A DNA stretch of 64,000 bases from an uncultured Chloroflexia bacterium (lineage in GTDB: Bacteria; Chloroflexota; Dehalococcoidia; DSTF01; JALHUB01): assembly GCA_963703345.1 (NCBI GenBank), contig OY969814.1:352001-416000 (forward strand), in the 5' to 3' direction. This document shows, in pieces, positions 59,858-64,000 of this stretch. Each line of letters starts with the position of its first letter. Positions within the stretch are counted from its first letter, which is position 1. A model generated the notes under the pieces. It searched no databases, had not been told where the DNA came from, and saw only the letters and a program-made list of their open reading frames with translations. Both the position numbers and the translations under genes were made by a program.

Positions 59858-59886
59858 GCAAGCCATGCCTACCGGCAGGCAGGCGA
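59858..59886. repeat. Dispersed palindromic repeat (inverted copy of 45923-45951)
   Basis: GCAAGCCATGCCTACCGGCAGGCAGGCGA. Confidence 0.85.
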
Positions 59887-59999
59887 GCACCGAACTCCGA
59901 GCCCGGACTCTGCCGCGACGCTTCGACCCGCCCAGACGGGCCAGCGTGGCATGGTACAATGCCTTCGAAACATTCTCGAATCGGACTCCCTGGACTCGT

Positions 60000-61088
60000 A
60001 TGGAACTGGCAGTCGTCGGACTTGCCCGCTCGGGCAAAACCACCGTCTTCAACGCCCTGACACACAGTCGAGCGCCAACCGGCACCTATGCCGGCGAAGC
60101 GGAAGTACACGTCGGCGCCGTCAAAGTGCCGGACGAGCGGCTGGACAAGCTGGCCGCGCTCTTCCGGCCGAAGAAAGTCGTGCACGCCGACATCCAGTTC
60201 ACCGACATTCCCGGCGCCCTCACGTGGCGCAGTGCCGGTCGCGGCGAAGGCCCGGGACCGCAGGCCCAGGCCGCGCTCGATCGCGCCGACGCGCTGGTCC
60301 ACGTGGTTCGCGCCTTCCAGAACGAGGCCGTGCCTCATCCTGGCGGGTCCGTCAACCCGGCACGCGACATCGACACGCTCAATCTGGAGTTCGTCTTCGC
60401 CGACCTCGCCGTCGTCGAGAGGCGGTTGGAGCGCCTCGATACGGTCGTTCGTTCCGCGCGCGCCGGCGATCGGGAGGCCGGCGAGAAGGAGATCGCCCTG
60501 CTCAAGCGGGTGAAGGCCGCATTCGAGCAGGAGAAGCCGTTGCACGCCCAGGGCCTCAGCGACGAAGAGCTGCGCTCCCTGGCCAACTACAACCTCCTCT
60601 CGGCGAAACCCGTCCTTCTCGTTCTCAACATTGGCGAGGGTGACGTCGCGCGGCTCGGCGAGATCGAAGAGGAGTACCGCAAGCATGGCCTGGCAACCGC
60701 TATATGCGGCAAGCTTGAGATGGAGCTGGAGGATCTCTCGGACGAGGAGGCGTCGGAGTTCCGGGCCGACCTCGGCCTTAGCGAGCCGCCCGCCGGTCGC
60801 GTCGGACGCCTGGCTTTCGACCTGCTGGGGCTGATCTCCTTCTTCACTCTGGGCGACGACGAGTGCCGCGCCTGGCCCGTTCCCCGCGGCACGCCCGCCA
60901 TTAAGGCCGCCGGCAAGATTCATACGGACCTGGAGCGAGGCTTCATCCGCGCGGAGGTCATGCGCTGGGACGAGCTGCTGGAGCTGGGGTCTCTGGCGGA
61001 GGCGCGGAAGCGCGGCGTCCTGCGCGGCGAGGGGAAGACCTACGAGGTGCAGGATGGCGATATCTTTCACGTCCTCTTCCACGTTTAG
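60000..61088 (+). CDS. ychF: YchF/DUF933 family ATPase (divergent)
   Basis: GLARSGKTT, VKVPDERL, DIPG, FFTLG.DECRAW, AAGKIHTDLERGFIRAEV, YEVQDGDI. Confidence 0.9.
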   Translation: MELAVVGLARSGKTTVFNALTHSRAPTGTYAGEAEVHVGAVKVPDERLDKLAALFRPKKVVHADIQFTDIPGALTWRSAGRGEGPGPQAQAALDRADALVHVVRAFQNEAVPHPGGSVNPARDIDTLNLEFVFADLAVVERRLERLDTVVRSARAGDREAGEKEIALLKRVKAAFEQEKPLHAQGLSDEELRSLANYNLLSAKPVLLVLNIGEGDVARLGEIEEEYRKHGLATAICGKLEMELEDLSDEEASEFRADLGLSEPPAGRVGRLAFDLLGLISFFTLGDDECRAWPVPRGTPAIKAAGKIHTDLERGFIRAEVMRWDELLELGSLAEARKRGVLRGEGKTYEVQDGDIFHVLFHV

Positions 61089-61181
61089 GTTCAACAGGCG
61101 TCCCTTGAAGTCTTCTTGACCCGCTTATGTTCAGAGTGCTACGCTTTTGATGCGCATTATTGAAGCGCGAGGAGGGCGGTC

Positions 61182-61529
61182 ATGCCATTGCTAAGTTTGG
61201 TTTCGCTCGCGGGAATCGGCCCAATGGGCCCTGTGGAGCTGCTTCTGATTCTTGCGGTCGTCATCATAATCTTCGGTGTCGGCCGTCTGCCGGAAGTGGG
61301 CGGCGCGATAGGGAAGGGAATCCGCGAGTTCCGCAAGGCTTCGAAAGAGGACGACGAGCCGAAGCAGATAACGCAGGCGCAGTCGAGCGTTACGCCCGCG
61401 CCACCGGTCCAGAGCCCGCCGGTTCAACAGCAGACGCCGGCCGCCATCTGCGACAAGTGCGGCTGCGCGAACGCGCCGGGCAACCGGTTTTGCGGGCAGT
61501 GCGGGTCGCCGCTTCAGGCGCGCGTCTAG
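61182..61529 (+). CDS. tatA: TatA/E subunit fused to a C-terminal zinc ribbon
   Basis: [36 protein letters not shown], then CDKCG...FCGQCG. Alternative start at 61224. Confidence 0.9.
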   Translation: MPLLSLVSLAGIGPMGPVELLLILAVVIIIFGVGRLPEVGGAIGKGIREFRKASKEDDEPKQITQAQSSVTPAPPVQSPPVQQQTPAAICDKCGCANAPGNRFCGQCGSPLQARV

Positions 61530-61551
61530 CGACACGGCGATAACAGCGATC

Positions 61552-61586
61552 AGGGCCATCGACGCCGGGCGGCGTCGGTGGCCTTT
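61552..61586 (+). terminator. Long hairpin downstream of tatA
   Basis: AGGGCCATCGACGCC-GGGC-GGCGTCGGTGGCCTT with a short T-run. Confidence 0.6.
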
Positions 61587-61676
61587 GGCGTTTCTGCCCG
61601 ACGCGCGCCTGCCTGCCGCATCTGCATAGTGCGTTTCTCTTTCCCACCCACCCGCCCAGAGATGTTGGTCAGGCAT

Positions 61677-61751
61677 GGGGGCACGTCCCCCAGGCCCCCC
61701 TCCAGAGGCGGACCTTCGGCTGGCAAGAGGGCGGCTGCCCTCTGCACGCCC
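61677..61751. repeat. REP/BIME-like paired palindromes
   Basis: GGGGGCACGTCCCCCAGGCCCCC and AGAGGGCGGCTGCCCTCTGCACGCCC. Confidence 0.5.
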
Positions 61752-61828
61752 GCTTTCGTAGCTGGGAGCAGCGGCGTCTGCTAGCCACCTCGGGTACATG
61801 ACTTGCACCCCCCTTTGCGTCCGCCCTC

Positions 61829-61883
61829 TTGACAGCCCTCGCGAAAGGGTCGATAATCTAAATAGACCCCCCCCAGGGGGGTA
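61829..61883 (+). promoter_or_regulatory. csoR-copA promoter with CsoR-type operator
   Basis: TTGACA-17 bp-GATAAT followed by ACCCCCCCCAGGGGGGTA, a C-tract/G-tract palindrome typical of CsoR sites. Confidence 0.85.
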
Positions 61884-61914
61884 GGGTGACAGAACCGATG
61901 AAGGAGGCGAGGCA

Positions 61915-62181
61915 GTGCAGGACACAACTCGCGCGGAGAGCCTGAAAAGGCTCAACTACATCGAGGGCCACCTGAACGGCGTCAGGCGCATGATCGAAGA
62001 GGACGCCTACTGCGTCGATATCCTCAAGCAATCGTTTGCCGTGCGTCGCGCCCTTGAGAAGCTGGAGCAGATCATGCTCGAAGGGCACCTGCGCACCTGC
62101 GTTGTCACCGGCATTCGCGATGGCCGCGACGAGCAGGTCGTCGGCGAGCTGCGGGAACTCTACGAGCTGGCGAACAAGTAG
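61915..62181 (+). CDS. csoR: Copper-sensing transcriptional repressor CsoR
   Basis: [25 protein letters not shown] (Cys-His-Cys ligand set); AAGGAGG RBS. Confidence 0.93.
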   Translation: MQDTTRAESLKRLNYIEGHLNGVRRMIEEDAYCVDILKQSFAVRRALEKLEQIMLEGHLRTCVVTGIRDGRDEQVVGELRELYELANK

Positions 62182-62191
62182 GTGGCCGGCA

Positions 62192-64000
<1,809 letters not shown>

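Noticed and set aside
61867-61881. C8/G6 homopolymer as a phase-variation tract
   Set aside because: Better explained as the CsoR operator palindrome.

Overview
High-GC bacterial chromosome segment, most likely from a Chloroflexota/Dehalococcoidia organism. That assignment is an inference from the dnaA-obg-nadD-gyrB-ilvE arrangement without dnaN, a T-box, TrpB2 and protein style. The window very probably contains the replication origin, next to dnaA at about 55.6-57.7 kb. It is mostly housekeeping: ilvD, rimI, plsY, dnaJ-prmA-rsmE, coaE, cinA, pyrF, T-box-trpB2-trpS, rpsO-pnp, dapB-asd-dapA, pepA, pit, ilvE, gyrB, nadD, obg, dnaA, coaX-coaBC, ychF, tatA and csoR-copA. The accessory or unusual parts are: (i) a lower-GC three-gene cassette with a Xis/MerR-type HTH, a gamma-class m6A methyltransferase and a convergent PD-(D/E)xK nuclease, carrying phased direct repeats over its promoter; (ii) an orphan CbbQ/NorQ AAA+ ATPase plus a very large CbbO/NorD VWA adaptor with N-terminal helical repeats, split by a cyclophilin and a frameshifted cyclophilin remnant, with no RuBisCO or NO reductase nearby; (iii) a secreted esterase with a tripartite VGG...WYARR C-terminal tail; (iv) a GAF plus degenerate GGDEF protein retaining the RxxD I-site; (v) a candidate oriC with non-canonical DnaA-box-like 9-mers; (vi) a structured asd leader; (vii) a TatA-zinc-ribbon fusion; (viii) several dispersed REP-like palindromes. 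I saw no rRNA, tRNA, CRISPR array, integrase or transposase. All family assignments come from motif recognition by eye, not from database searches.
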